Counted from the stretch's first letter, positions 1 through 9,908 are shown. The stretch is DNA of 64,000 nucleotides from Myxococcota bacterium (GCA_965247115.1 CBDFGR010000003.1:1536001-1600000), one strand, 5' to 3'. The notes: generated by a model from the sequence alone, not told the origin. Made by a program: numbers and translations.

Positions 1-464
1 TCGCGCAAGGCGCTGTCGAACGGATCGGAGAGCGCGATTCGCAACCGGTCCTGGTCGTAGCCAACTGGAATGACTACGTGCCGGCTCGCGAAGGGACGCG
101 AGAAGGTCTTGCTGATCAGCTCGCTGTCCAGCTCCAGCGGGTCGAGCTTGACGTAGGGAAGCTCCGTGGCTGCGGCGATGCACTCCGCAATGGCATCCTC
201 ATCGATCCGCCGATGGGACTTCGTGGGGTGGGGGAGGGCGGCGGCGGTGACGAGCTCCGCAGGCGAAACGTGGTAACGGGCGGCCGCCTGCGAGCGAACC
301 GATCCGACCTTCTCCTTGAGGACACGGCTCCTGAGCGTGACCTCACGCGCCTCGATCTCCTTGGCCTGGTCCGAGCCGGCGAGCTCGGCTTCCACCAGCA
401 TCTCGAGGAGCTCGGGGAGGGCAAGGGGAGGGCGGGGCTCGGGGAGGCGGACTCGGGGTGACAT
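1..464 (-). CDS. GspE/PulE/PilB-family secretion/pilus assembly ATPase, N-terminal part (runs off the window start)
   Basis: Not in the ORF track. Manual translation from ATG 464 gives MSPRVRLPE...LPYVKLDPLELDSELISKTFSRPFASRHVVIPVGYDQDRLRIALSDPFD, which resembles the T2SSE N-terminal domain. The frame is open to the window edge. Confidence 0.7.
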   Translation of the reverse strand, partial: MSPRVRLPEPRPPLALPELLEMLVEAELAGSDQAKEIEAREVTLRSRVLKEKVGSVRSQAAARYHVSPAELVTAAALPHPTKSHRRIDEDAIAECIAAATELPYVKLDPLELDSELISKTFSRPFASRHVVIPVGYDQDRLRIALSDPFDSALR

Positions 465-716
465 CCAGTGGGGTATCGGCGTACCGATGGGAAAACCCAA
501 CGAAAGGCGGATATTCCGTACAGAGACAGGGGGTTTCAGGGGTGCCGGCCCGCGGTGGCTCGCGCTCCTCGTGGCGCGCCTGTCCCGCGTCGTACACTAC
601 CGTCACGATGAGGCCCGCGCGCCAGGAATATCGCTCCCGTTTGGTGTCCTGGATACGCTAATTTGGAGTAAAACTGGAGCCTGGACGGGAGAGCCCTTGG
701 CGTGAGGAGGACCGAC

Positions 717-2003
717 GTGGATGAAACAGCGAAGCTCGAGTTCGAGGGCAAGACGTACGAGCTTCCGGTCCTGGTGGGCTCGGAAGGCGAACGGTCGATC
801 GACATCGGAAAGCTCAGGGACGAGAGCGGGCTGATCACGCTCGATCCGGGCTACAAGAACACCGGCAGCACGACAAGCGAGATCTGCTTCATCGACGGTG
901 AGCAGGGGATACTGCGCTACCGCGGCTACGCCATCGAGGACCTCGCCGAGCAGAGCAGTTTTCTCGAGGTCGCCTACCTGCTGATTCACGGCGAGCCGCC
1001 GTCCCAGCAAGAGTACGACAGCTGGCTCGAGTCGCTGCGTTACCACACGATGCTCCACGAGGATGTGAAGCGGCTCTTCGAGGCGTTCCCGAAGGACGCG
1101 CACCCGATGGCGGTGGCGGCCTCCGTCGTCTCCGCGATCTCGACGTTCTACCCGGAAGACCTCGATCCCGAAGACGAGGCACAGGTTGTCGTGTCGAGCA
1201 ATCGGTTGATCGCCAAGTTTCCGACTATCGCGGCGTATGCGCACAAGCACTCGCTGGGCCAACCCTTTCTCTATCCGGACAACAAGCTCGGCTACGTTGA
1301 CAACTTTCTGCGCCTCATGTTCGGAACGCCGTGCGAGGAGTTCGAAGTCGATCCCGTGGTGTCGCGCGCCATCGAGCTCTTGCTCATCCTTCACGCCGAC
1401 CACGAGCAGAACTGCTCGACGAGCACCGTGCGTATCGTGGGAAGCTCCCACGCAAACCTCTTCGCTTCGATCGGCGCGGGGATCAACGCGCTCTGGGGAC
1501 CGCGACACGGCGGTGCAAACCAGCAAGTGATCGAGATGTTGGACTCGATCGCAGAGGAAGGCCTCTCGGCGCAGCAGTTCGTCGACCGTGCGAAGGACCG
1601 CGACGATACGTCACGGTTGATGGGCTTCGGTCATCGGGTCTACAGGAATTACGACCCGCGCGCGAAGGTAATCAAGCAATCCGCCAACGAGGTTCTCGAG
1701 AAGCTCGGCGCGACGAGCAAGCTGCTCGAAATCGCCGTCGATCTCGAGCGCATCGCGCTCGAGGACGAGTACTTCGTCAAGCGCCGCTTGTACCCAAACG
1801 TCGACTTCTACTCCGGGGTGATCTACAAGGCGCTGGGCATTCCGGTGAACAGCTTCACGGTCATGTTCGCCATGGGCCGGCTGCCCGGCTGGATCGCGCA
1901 CTGGGTCGAGCTGCACAGGGACGGCCAGGCGATCGGGCGCCCCCGGCAGATCTACACGGGACCCTCCCTGCGCACCTACGCGCCGATGACGAAGCGCAGC
2001 TAG
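717..2003 (+). CDS. gltA: Citrate synthase
   Basis: Motifs LHADHEQNCSTSTVR, GPRHGGAN, LMGFGHRVY and YPNVDFYSG. GTG 717 follows a GAGGAGG RBS. Confidence 0.97.
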   Translation: MDETAKLEFEGKTYELPVLVGSEGERSIDIGKLRDESGLITLDPGYKNTGSTTSEICFIDGEQGILRYRGYAIEDLAEQSSFLEVAYLLIHGEPPSQQEYDSWLESLRYHTMLHEDVKRLFEAFPKDAHPMAVAASVVSAISTFYPEDLDPEDEAQVVVSSNRLIAKFPTIAAYAHKHSLGQPFLYPDNKLGYVDNFLRLMFGTPCEEFEVDPVVSRAIELLLILHADHEQNCSTSTVRIVGSSHANLFASIGAGINALWGPRHGGANQQVIEMLDSIAEEGLSAQQFVDRAKDRDDTSRLMGFGHRVYRNYDPRAKVIKQSANEVLEKLGATSKLLEIAVDLERIALEDEYFVKRRLYPNVDFYSGVIYKALGIPVNSFTVMFAMGRLPGWIAHWVELHRDGQAIGRPRQIYTGPSLRTYAPMTKRS

Positions 2004-2031
2004 GCGGCGGGCCTCCGCGGATCAGTCGTCT

Positions 2032-2460
2032 CTAGCTGCCAAAGTAACGCTGCGCAGCCCGGAGCAGCATGAACCACACCGCCAGCGTGGCGATGAGGTA
2101 GAGGTAGAACCGCAGCATCACGAGATTGAACGTGCAATGCACCGCGCTGTGCAATGCGCGGAATACCACGAAGACCCAGGCAGCGTAGACGTACGTGGCG
2201 TCTACCTGGGCTGTGAGAAACAGATAGAGGCAGAGGGCGTAGAAGAGAACCGGAAGCTCGAACAGGTTCTTCAGGTTGTCCGAGGGATTGGACACCGCGG
2301 CGGGTGAGACCTGCGCGAGCGCACCGGGCCGCGTCAGGTCCTTCGCGCTGATGTTGTTCTTTGTGAGAAAGCTGATGCGCCGGGTATACATGTACACCCA
2401 GACGATCAGCGTCAGCAGCATCGTGGCGAAGAAGGGAGCGAAGATTGACGTCTGCGCCAT
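2032..2460 (-). CDS. MAPEG-family membrane protein
   Basis: Hydrophobic 142 aa protein with SDNLKNLFELPVLFY and RALHSAVH. Confidence 0.8.
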   Translation of the reverse strand: MAQTSIFAPFFATMLLTLIVWVYMYTRRISFLTKNNISAKDLTRPGALAQVSPAAVSNPSDNLKNLFELPVLFYALCLYLFLTAQVDATYVYAAWVFVVFRALHSAVHCTFNLVMLRFYLYLIATLAVWFMLLRAAQRYFGS

Positions 2461-2502
2461 CAGAATCCGACTCGCAGCCCTCGGGAGCTTACGAGCTGTG
2501 GG

Positions 2503-3462
2503 CTAGGCCTTCGCGGCGGTGGCTGCACTCGTCAGGGCGGGGACGATCTCGAACAGGTCGCCCACCACCCCGAGGTCTGCGACCTCGAAGATCGGGGCGT
2601 CCGCGTCCTTGTTGATCGCGATGATGTAGTTCGAGCTCTTCATCCCGACCAGATGCTGGATCGCGCCCGAGATGCCGACGGCGATGTACAGCTTTGGCTG
2701 CACGATCTGTCCGGAGCTGCCGACCTGATACTCGTGGGGTAGCCAGCCAGCGTCGACAACCGGGCGAGAGGCGCCCATCTGCGCCCCGAGCGCTTCGACA
2801 AGTGGCTTCAGTACCGAGTCGAAGTTCTCCGGCTTCTGCATGCCGCGGCCGCCCGAGATGATGAACTCGGCCTTGGTCAGGTCGTGTCCACCGGCGGTGG
2901 CCATGCGCAGCTCTACGAACTTGGTTCGCGACTCCTGACCGCCCACGTCCAGCGCTTCCACGCTGCCCTCGTCCGTGTCCTCGAAGGCTTCGCAGGCGCC
3001 GGGCTGTACGGTGACGATCTTTGGCGAGCCCTCGATGCGCATACGCGCGTCGAACTTTGCGTTGAACATTCGGCGGATGAAGACGAGCTCTCCCCCGTCC
3101 TCCTCGATCCGGATTGCGTCGGTAACGATGCCCGCGTCGAGCTGAGCGGCGAGCTTCCCCGCGATGTCCCAGCCGGTCGGTGTGTTCGAGATCAGGATCA
3201 GCTCAGCGGACTCCGCCTCGATCGCCTTGCGAATCACTCCGGTGTAGGCGTCGGGCGCGTAGTGGTCGAGAGAGGCGTCGTCGGCCAGTAGCACCTTGCC
3301 GCCTCCCTTCTTGGATAGCTCTTCTGCGCTGCTCGTCACGCCACTGCCGATCACGAGCGACGAGACGTCTCCGCCAACACTGCGAGCCAGTGTCACGAGC
3401 TCCAGCGTTGCCTCGCGCAAGCCATCGTTTTGAACTTCAGCGACGATCAGAATCTTCGCCAT
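2503..3462 (-). CDS. etfA: Electron transfer flavoprotein alpha subunit
   Basis: FAD-binding motifs [36 protein letters not shown] and [11 protein letters not shown]. Confidence 0.96.
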   Translation of the reverse strand: MAKILIVAEVQNDGLREATLELVTLARSVGGDVSSLVIGSGVTSSAEELSKKGGGKVLLADDASLDHYAPDAYTGVIRKAIEAESAELILISNTPTGWDIAGKLAAQLDAGIVTDAIRIEEDGGELVFIRRMFNAKFDARMRIEGSPKIVTVQPGACEAFEDTDEGSVEALDVGGQESRTKFVELRMATAGGHDLTKAEFIISGGRGMQKPENFDSVLKPLVEALGAQMGASRPVVDAGWLPHEYQVGSSGQIVQPKLYIAVGISGAIQHLVGMKSSNYIIAINKDADAPIFEVADLGVVGDLFEIVPALTSAATAAKA

Positions 3463-3492
3463 CGATTTTCTCCCGCGCCCTGCTCCGCCCGC

Positions 3493-4272
3493 TCATTGAA
3501 GCAGGCCGAGCTCCTTGATCTTTCCGATCAGCTTGTCCGCCACTTCGCTGGCCGATCCCTCGAGGAGCTCGGCTCCCTGGCCCTTGGGCGGTGCGTAGAT
3601 CTTCTCGACCCTCACTTTGGGCGCAACGTCGGACGCGTCCAGTCCGAGATCGGCAAGGGACTTCTTGTCGAGGGGCTTCTTCTTCGCCTGCATGATGCCC
3701 TTGAGCGACGCGTAGCGGACCTCGTTCATGCCCGTCTGCGTCGTGAGTAGGCACGGCAGGGGCAACGAGACTACGCCGAGAGAGCCGCCTTCGAGCTCGC
3801 GCTCGACCTCGACCGAGCCATCGGAGAGTGTCGCCTTGACGATGCCCGTTGCGTGAGGGACACCCATCCGTTCCGCAAACATGGGACCCGTCAAGCCGTA
3901 GTTCGCGTCGTCGGACATCATCCCCATCAGCACCAGGTCGAAGTTCTCGTCCTTGGCGACCGCCCCGAGCGTCTTGGCCATTCCCAGTGAATCCGTCTTC
4001 TCGAGGGCGTCATCCCATACGTGTATGGCGCGGTCCGCGCCCATCCCGAGGGCGGTGCGGAGCGATTGAACGACGCGATCGGGTCCGATGGAGACGACCG
4101 CGACCTCTGCGTCGCCCGCATCCTTGATGCGTAGCGCCTCCTCCAACGCGTAGTTGTCATACTCGTTGATCTCGAACTTGATGTTGGTGTCCTGTATCCA
4201 GCTCCCGTCGGGAGCCAGTTCCAGACGTGCATCCTTGTGGGGAACCTGCTTCAGACAGACGAGGATCTTCAT
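3493..4272 (-). CDS. etfB: Electron transfer flavoprotein beta subunit
   Basis: MKILVCLKQVP, NEYDNYALEEAL, ALGMGADRAIH and RYASLKGIM; adjacent to etfA. Confidence 0.96.
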   Translation of the reverse strand: MKILVCLKQVPHKDARLELAPDGSWIQDTNIKFEINEYDNYALEEALRIKDAGDAEVAVVSIGPDRVVQSLRTALGMGADRAIHVWDDALEKTDSLGMAKTLGAVAKDENFDLVLMGMMSDDANYGLTGPMFAERMGVPHATGIVKATLSDGSVEVERELEGGSLGVVSLPLPCLLTTQTGMNEVRYASLKGIMQAKKKPLDKKSLADLGLDASDVAPKVRVEKIYAPPKGQGAELLEGSASEVADKLIGKIKELGLLQ

Positions 4273-4366
4273 ATCCTGCGATCTCCGTGGTCAGGGGCGC
4301 CGTCAAGCGCGTGGGGGGGAACTCGCGGTCCGCACGATAAGCTACGCAGCCTTGCGTTGCAACAGA

Positions 4367-5044
4367 TCAGCCGCCCATGATCGTGCGCCAGCGCTCGAGC
4401 GTGTCGATCTGTAGGTAGGGGTTCATCTTCTTCGTCTCGCTCATGGTCCTGGAGGTTCCTCCCCCGTAGTCGTGGCCGGGTAAGAGGATCGTTTCTTCTG
4501 GCAGCTCGTTCAGCTTTCGCAGGCTGTGGTACATCTGCTCAGAGTCCGAGCCCGGTAGGTCGACGCGGCCGCAACCTTGAATGAACAGCGTGTCACCGGA
4601 GACGAGCGAGCTCTGGATCCGGAAGCACTGAGATCCGGGCGTGTGGCCGGGAGTGTGAAGAAACTCGACCTCGACCTCACCGATCCGCAGCGTGTCTCCG
4701 GAGTCGACTTTCACCAGATCGGTGTCGGAGATACCGGTCACCTGTTTCACGCCGTCGGCCTCGTGTTTGTTCGCGTAGACCTTGACTCCGCGGCGTCCGA
4801 GGAGCTCAGCGAGACCTTCGATCCGCTCACCGTGGATTTCGCCTCCGATGTGGTCCGGATGGTAGTGGGTCACCAGAGCGGCCACGGGCGTGAAATCCTG
4901 TCCCTCGACGTGCTCGAGGAGCCCGTCGATCGACCAGGCGGGGTCGACCAGGGCTACTTCCCTGGTCTTCTTCGACCCGATCACGTAGACGAAGTTCTGC
5001 ATGGGCCCGCAGGCGATCTGCTCGATGATGAGTTCTTCTTCCAT
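4367..5044 (-). CDS. MBL-fold metallo-hydrolase (glyoxalase II-like)
   Basis: THYHPDHIGG, HTPGHTPGS, SGDTLFIQGCGR and LPGH. Confidence 0.9.
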   Translation of the reverse strand: MEEELIIEQIACGPMQNFVYVIGSKKTREVALVDPAWSIDGLLEHVEGQDFTPVAALVTHYHPDHIGGEIHGERIEGLAELLGRRGVKVYANKHEADGVKQVTGISDTDLVKVDSGDTLRIGEVEVEFLHTPGHTPGSQCFRIQSSLVSGDTLFIQGCGRVDLPGSDSEQMYHSLRKLNELPEETILLPGHDYGGGTSRTMSETKKMNPYLQIDTLERWRTIMGG

Positions 5045-5091
5045 GCGCTCGCTTGCTTCGCCCTACCGATTACCTGCTGTTGACTTCCGAG

Positions 5092-5634
5092 TCAAACCGC
5101 AAGCCACAGCAGAAGCAACGGGATCCCCAGCGCGATGCTGCAGATCGCCAGCGCACGCTGCGACGAGACCTGGAGCACCTGCCGGCTCGCCAGGACCAGC
5201 GAGGTCAGACAGAACCCCAGCGCCCCCCAACCGAAGATCCAGCCCACGAACGGCAGGCTATAGCCGAGCAGCAGCGCGAACCAGGTGTAGGCGAAGCCGC
5301 TGCAGCGCAACAGGCGGGAGTAGTCGACATCTCGGCTCACCCAGAACACGCTGACGCCCCAGACGAGCAGCGTGGCCACGAGCCAGATCGCGATGGACAC
5401 GACGATGCCGAGAAACAGTCCGGGGATGGAGCCCTGGCCAAGGCCGGTCAGGATCGACGTAGCGATCACCAGAGCAAAGGCCTGCGGGATGGCCGCCCTG
5501 TCACCCTGAATCTCCTCGTAGACCGCCGGATCGAGGCGAAAGACCGCAGCAATCCGCGCGAGCAGCCGCCGCTCGGGCTGAAACAGCTCGGCCAGCGCCC
5601 CCTGCGGCTTCGCGCCCGACCCTGAAGTCGTCAT
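5092..5634 (-). CDS. YIP1-like integral membrane protein
   Basis: About five hydrophobic segments. Start moved to ATG 5634 because the upstream extension lies in repeat DNA. Confidence 0.6.
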   Translation of the reverse strand: MTTSGSGAKPQGALAELFQPERRLLARIAAVFRLDPAVYEEIQGDRAAIPQAFALVIATSILTGLGQGSIPGLFLGIVVSIAIWLVATLLVWGVSVFWVSRDVDYSRLLRCSGFAYTWFALLLGYSLPFVGWIFGWGALGFCLTSLVLASRQVLQVSSQRALAICSIALGIPLLLLWLAV

Positions 5635-5652
5635 CCCTAGACGGTAGCGGGT

Positions 5653-5807
5653 CCTGCGGGACCCGCGACGGCGCTCCTTGCGGGACCCGGCCGCGGGCGT
5701 CCGCGGCCACCCTTGTGGGACCCGGCGCGCGAGCGGTCGCGCGCCACCCACCTCCGCTCAGGGCTTCGCCCTTCGCTGCGCGCGCCGCTCCCGCGGCGCT
5801 TGCAGGC
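5653..5807 (+). repeat. REP-like multi-hairpin repeat, copy A, with three tandem CCT(T)GYGGGACCCG starts
   Basis: Core CTTGTGGGACCCGGCGCGCGAGCGGTCGCGCGCCACCCACCTCCGCTCAGGGCTTCGCCCTTCGCTGCGCGCGCCGCTCCCGCGGCGCTTGCAGG; near-identical to 13342-13436. Confidence 0.85.
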
Positions 5808-5905
5808 TGCCAAGCAAGGTAAGGCGTTGGTCCCACGAACCGGAACTTGGGAAGGTCCTTGAGTGCCGATTGAGTGTCTCCTCGATCTGCCTGCCGAACG
5901 GGCAA

Positions 5906-6031
5906 CTTGCAAGCGCCGCGGGAGCGGCGCGCGCAGTGAAGGCCTTTGGCCTGAGCGGAGGTGGGTGGCCGTCAGCGGCCCGCGGGTCGCTGACCCGCGG
6001 GAGGGCCGCTCGCGCGCCGGGCCCCACAAGG
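5906..6031 (-). repeat. REP-like repeat, copy B (inverted relative to A, with an extra hairpin insert)
   Basis: Its reverse complement matches copy A. It carries a CCGCGGGTC-GCT-GACCCGCGG insert, a variant of which is in copy D. Confidence 0.85.
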
Positions 6032-6046
6032 CAAGGCGAGACCTGT

Positions 6047-6742
6047 TCAGGCGATCTTCTCGATGAAGCTTTCGATTGACTGGAGAACTAGCTCGCGGAC
6101 CTGTTCGGGGCTGCGCTCGGCGCGCTTGATCGGCTCCAATCCCTGACCACAATCATCGATCACGCGCAGGTCGGTTGGGGCGCCGATGCGTCGGAGCAGG
6201 GTCTCGAGTCGATCCACCCGGCAGTGCGCATCCCGTGAGCCCTGCACGAAGAGCATGGGGCAAATGATGCGGAACAGCGCTGTTGCCCGTTGCTGGTTGG
6301 GCTTGCCTGAGGGATGGAGTGGAAACCCGAGGCACAGGATCCCGTCCGCCTTGAGACCTTGCGAGACCACGCTGGCCGCGACCCGGGCTCCGAGCCCGTA
6401 GCCACCCACCAGCAGGCGCGCCGGTGCGTTCTCGGTGTCGCTAAGCAAGGCCGCGACGGCCGTCTTGTAGGTTCGCTCGAGAATAGGCAGCGGATCCGGC
6501 CGCTTCTTGCCGGCCTCGATGTAAGGGAAGTTGAAGGTCAGGGTCAGGTTGCCGCGTTCCGTCAGCGCGACCTGCAGCGCAGAGACCTTCTCCTGCTCGA
6601 TACTTCCCACCGTATCATGCGCGAGCACAATGCCGACGCGCTGGCCGCTCGGCCACCACTCGGGTGTGCAGATCGTTCCAGCGACGCGGATCTCCGGGGT
6701 CACGGAGATCGCTATGGACTCGAACTTGACGTTCGTGTTCAT
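6047..6742 (-). CDS. Alpha/beta hydrolase (KANL3/Tex30, dienelactone hydrolase-like)
   Basis: FNFPYIEAGKKRPD, LGFPLHPSGKP and PMLFVQGSRD. The nucleophile elbow reads GGYGLGARVA, with no Ser. Confidence 0.75.
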   Translation of the reverse strand: MNTNVKFESIAISVTPEIRVAGTICTPEWWPSGQRVGIVLAHDTVGSIEQEKVSALQVALTERGNLTLTFNFPYIEAGKKRPDPLPILERTYKTAVAALLSDTENAPARLLVGGYGLGARVAASVVSQGLKADGILCLGFPLHPSGKPNQQRATALFRIICPMLFVQGSRDAHCRVDRLETLLRRIGAPTDLRVIDDCGQGLEPIKRAERSPEQVRELVLQSIESFIEKIA

Positions 6743-6794
6743 TGCGAAGCTCTTATAGCATACCCATCAGCTTCCCCCCTTCAGGGAACCGGCG

Positions 6795-7736
6795 GTGTCA
6801 GAGCCAGGCGAGCGAGAGAAGGTCCTCATCCTGGGAGTCGCGAGCGGGCAGGGTCGGCTGCTCGCGCGGCGCCTGTCCCGCACGTTTCGAGTAGTCGGCG
6901 TCGATCGGATCGCCTGGCCGGAGCGACCCGCGGAGATGACCTTCTATCCGGTCGGGCTTCGCACCAGAGAGTTCGAGGACGTGGTGCGGACCGAGCGCCC
7001 CGACGCGATCGTGCACCTGGGCTTCATCCGCGACTTCCGAGGGACGGCGGAGGAGCGCTACGACACGAACGTGCGGGGTACTCGGAAGCTGCTCGATCAC
7101 GCGAGGGTGCACGGGGTGAGGAAGCTCGTGGTCCTATCCACGAGCTACGTGTACGGCGCGCTCCCCGACAATCCGAGCTTCATGGACGAGGACCAGCCGC
7201 TCTCGGCCAGCCGTAACTATCCGGAGATTCGTGACCTCGTCGAGCTGGACACGCTCGCCACGGCGTTCATGTGGCAGCATCCAGAGATCCGCACCTCCGT
7301 CCTGCGCCCGGTGCCGACGCTGGGGTACTACGTGTCGAACTCCATGGCCACCTACCTGCGGCAGAGCTGGGTGGTCGTGATGATGGGCTTCAATCCGATG
7401 CTCCAGTTCATGCACGAAGAGGATCTCGCGGAGGCGGTGGCCATCAGCGTGGAGCAGGGCCTCCGGGGCGTATACAACGTGACAGGGCCGGGAGAGGTCC
7501 CCCTGCACGTCGCGATCCGCGAGACAACGGGCAAGCCACTCCCCCTGCCAGAGATCGTCGCCCGCCCAATTCTCGGCCGGCTCTTCCGCCGCGGGCTGCT
7601 CAACATCCCCCCCGGCGTCATCGACTACATCAAGTTCCCGTGCACGATCTCGGGCCAGCGCTTCGCGCGCGAAACAGGCTTCCAACCCCTGTTCAGCCTA
7701 ATAGAGAGCTTCCAGAGCCTGCAAGCGCGGCGATAG
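6795..7736 (+). CDS. NAD-dependent epimerase/dehydratase (extended SDR)
   Basis: ILGVASGQG, NVRGT, STSYVYGA and QFMHEEDLA. Confidence 0.85.
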   Translation: MSEPGEREKVLILGVASGQGRLLARRLSRTFRVVGVDRIAWPERPAEMTFYPVGLRTREFEDVVRTERPDAIVHLGFIRDFRGTAEERYDTNVRGTRKLLDHARVHGVRKLVVLSTSYVYGALPDNPSFMDEDQPLSASRNYPEIRDLVELDTLATAFMWQHPEIRTSVLRPVPTLGYYVSNSMATYLRQSWVVVMMGFNPMLQFMHEEDLAEAVAISVEQGLRGVYNVTGPGEVPLHVAIRETTGKPLPLPEIVARPILGRLFRRGLLNIPPGVIDYIKFPCTISGQRFARETGFQPLFSLIESFQSLQARR

Positions 7737-7753
7737 CGGCGCGCGCAGCGAAG
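7719..7753 (-). repeat. REP-like repeat fragment, copy E, overlapping the epimerase stop codon
   Basis: CTGCAAGCGCGGCGATAGCGGCGCGCGCAGCGAAG versus the reverse complement of copy A, CTGCAAGCGCCGCGGGAGCGGCGCGCGCAGCGAAG. Confidence 0.7.
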
Positions 7754-7787
7754 ACCTACGCTTTCGCGTCCCATCGGGAGGAAGCCG

Positions 7788-9905
7788 TTGCAGCCGCGTT
7801 CCCACACCTCCGGCGCGCCCCTGCTCGACGCGAAGGGGCTACCACGCTTCGATGAGATCCGCGCCGACCAGGTCGAGTCCTCGATCCGCGCGCTGCTCGG
7901 AGAGCTGGCGTACGACCTCGAGACGGTGGAGCGGCAGCTCGCCCCTACCTGGGAGGGGTTGGTGGAGCCGATCGAGCGCATGGTCGATCCGCTCGCCTAC
8001 AGCTGGGGGATCGTCCGTCATCTGATGGGCGTTGCGAACAGTGACGAGCTGCGCCTGGCGCACGACGCGGTGCAGGCAGAGGTGGTCCGCTTCGAGGTTC
8101 GCCTCGGCCAGAGCGCGGCTCTCTATGCTGGGCTCCAGGCCCTGCGTGACGGCGCCGGCTGGTCCGTGCTCGATCTCGCCCAGCGACGCATCGTGGAGCT
8201 CCTCCTGCTGGAAGCCCGACTTGCCGGCGTTGGTCTTGAGGGCGCGGAGCGCCAGCGCTTCAACGAGATCCAAACCGAGCTCGCAGGGCTCGGCACGCGT
8301 TTCTCGAACCAGCTGCTCGACGCCTCCAAGGCCTGGTCTCTCACGCTGACCGAACCTGGAGAGATCTCCGGTCTGCCGCGGAGTCTCGTGGAGCTGGCCG
8401 CCCAGTCCGCGCGCGAGGCTGGCACGAAGAGTGCGACTCCGGAGTTGGGCCCGTGGCGGATCACGCTCGACGAGCCGAGCTTCTTTCCCTTCATGCAGCA
8501 CGCGCGGCGGCGCGATCTGCGCGAGCACGTCTACCGCGCCTACCTCGGACGGGCTGCGGCAGGAGACTCCGACAACTCGCCACTCGTCTCGCGCATCTTG
8601 AGCCTGCGGCACGAGGAGGCCTTGCTGCTCGGATACTCGAGCTTCGCCGAGCTCAGCCTCGCGACCAAGATGGCGCCTGACGTTCCCACTGTGGAGCGAC
8701 TGCTCGAAGAGCTGTACGCAGTCTCCATCGAGGCGGCGAAAAAGGACCTTGCGGAGTTACAGGCCTTCGCGCGCGCTCACCCGGAGCTGGAAGACGCGGG
8801 CAGCGAGACCTCTCCTGCACTCGCGCACTGGGACGTGCCGTTCTGGGCCGAGCGACTGCGCGAGTCGCGTTTTGACTACACAGACGAGGAGCTGCGGCCG
8901 TACTTCCCGCTGCCCCGGGTCCTCGAAGGCCTGTTTGCTGTAGCATCTACACTGTTCGGCGTTGGATTTGTGCCTGCCGATGGCGAGACTCCGGTCTGGC
9001 ACGAAGATGTGCGTTTTTTCCGGGTAACCAACGCAGCTGGCCACCCCATCGCCGGCTTCTTCCTCGATCCGTATAGCCGGCCGGCGGAGAAGCGCGGCGG
9101 CGCCTGGATGGATGAGTGCGTGGGACGCAGCCGGCTCGACCAGGGGTCGGGAGCTGCGCCGCGCCAGCCGGTGGCGTACCTGGTTTGCAATCAGTCCCCA
9201 CCCGTTGACGGCAAGCCCTCGCTGATGAGCTTCAGCGAGGTGGAGACGCTGTTCCACGAGTTCGGACATGGCCTGCAGCACATGCTCACCGAAGTCGACT
9301 ACGGACTTGCCGCGGGCATCCGCGAAGTGGAGTGGGACGCCGTCGAGCTGCCGAGCCAGTTCATGGAGAACTGGTGCTACGACAGGAAGACGCTGCTCGA
9401 GATGAGTCAGCACTTCGAGACGGCCGAGCCGCTGCCCCAGGCGCTGTTCGAGAAGATCCGCTCGGCGCGCACCTTCCGTTCCGGCAGCGCCACGCTGCGC
9501 CAGCTCATGTTCGGCTTCATCGACCTCGAGCTGCACCACGTCTTCGATCCCGCCGGTAAAGCGACGCCCTTCGACGTGCAGCGGCGCGTCGCAGAGAGGA
9601 CGAGCGTGCTCCCGCCGCTCCCCGAAGACCGCTTCCTCTGTAGCTTCGCTCACATCTTCGCCGGCGGCTACGCTGCAGGCTACTACTCGTATAAGTGGGC
9701 GGAGGTCCTGAGTGCCGATGCCTTCGCCGCCTTCGAGGAGGCGGGCCTCGACGACCCAGAAGCCGTCGCCGCTACCGGCCGCCGCTTCCGCGAAACGGTC
9801 CTCGCCCTCGGCGGCAGCCGCCCCGCCACGGAAGTCTTCCGCGACTTCCGAGGTCGAGACCCCGACACCGCCGCCCTACTAAGACACTCAGGCCTGTCTC
9901 AGTAA
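7788..9905 (+). CDS. prlC: Oligopeptidase A (M3 metallopeptidase)
   Basis: TLFHEFGHGLQH zinc motif, KRGGAWM, WDAVELPSQFMENW and HIFAGGYAAGYYSYKWAEVL. Confidence 0.95.
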   Translation: MQPRSHTSGAPLLDAKGLPRFDEIRADQVESSIRALLGELAYDLETVERQLAPTWEGLVEPIERMVDPLAYSWGIVRHLMGVANSDELRLAHDAVQAEVVRFEVRLGQSAALYAGLQALRDGAGWSVLDLAQRRIVELLLLEARLAGVGLEGAERQRFNEIQTELAGLGTRFSNQLLDASKAWSLTLTEPGEISGLPRSLVELAAQSAREAGTKSATPELGPWRITLDEPSFFPFMQHARRRDLREHVYRAYLGRAAAGDSDNSPLVSRILSLRHEEALLLGYSSFAELSLATKMAPDVPTVERLLEELYAVSIEAAKKDLAELQAFARAHPELEDAGSETSPALAHWDVPFWAERLRESRFDYTDEELRPYFPLPRVLEGLFAVASTLFGVGFVPADGETPVWHEDVRFFRVTNAAGHPIAGFFLDPYSRPAEKRGGAWMDECVGRSRLDQGSGAAPRQPVAYLVCNQSPPVDGKPSLMSFSEVETLFHEFGHGLQHMLTEVDYGLAAGIREVEWDAVELPSQFMENWCYDRKTLLEMSQHFETAEPLPQALFEKIRSARTFRSGSATLRQLMFGFIDLELHHVFDPAGKATPFDVQRRVAERTSVLPPLPEDRFLCSFAHIFAGGYAAGYYSYKWAEVLSADAFAAFEEAGLDDPEAVAATGRRFRETVLALGGSRPATEVFRDFRGRDPDTAALLRHSGLSQ

Positions 9906-9908
9906 GCA

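Noticed and set aside
473..500. Sigma28-like promoter before the GspE/PilB-like gene (GCCGATAC on the minus strand)
   Set aside because: There is no TAAAG/TCAAG -35 element at the right spacing.
5653..5725. CRISPR-like short array of CCTTGYGGGACCCG repeats
   Set aside because: There are only three ~14-nt copies with uneven short spacers and no cas genes; they belong to the REP-like element end.
5501..6152. Several short ORFs over the 5.6-6.0 kb intergenic region
   Set aside because: They are translations of the GC-rich repeat; the same peptide recurs at 13.3 kb and 50.7 kb.
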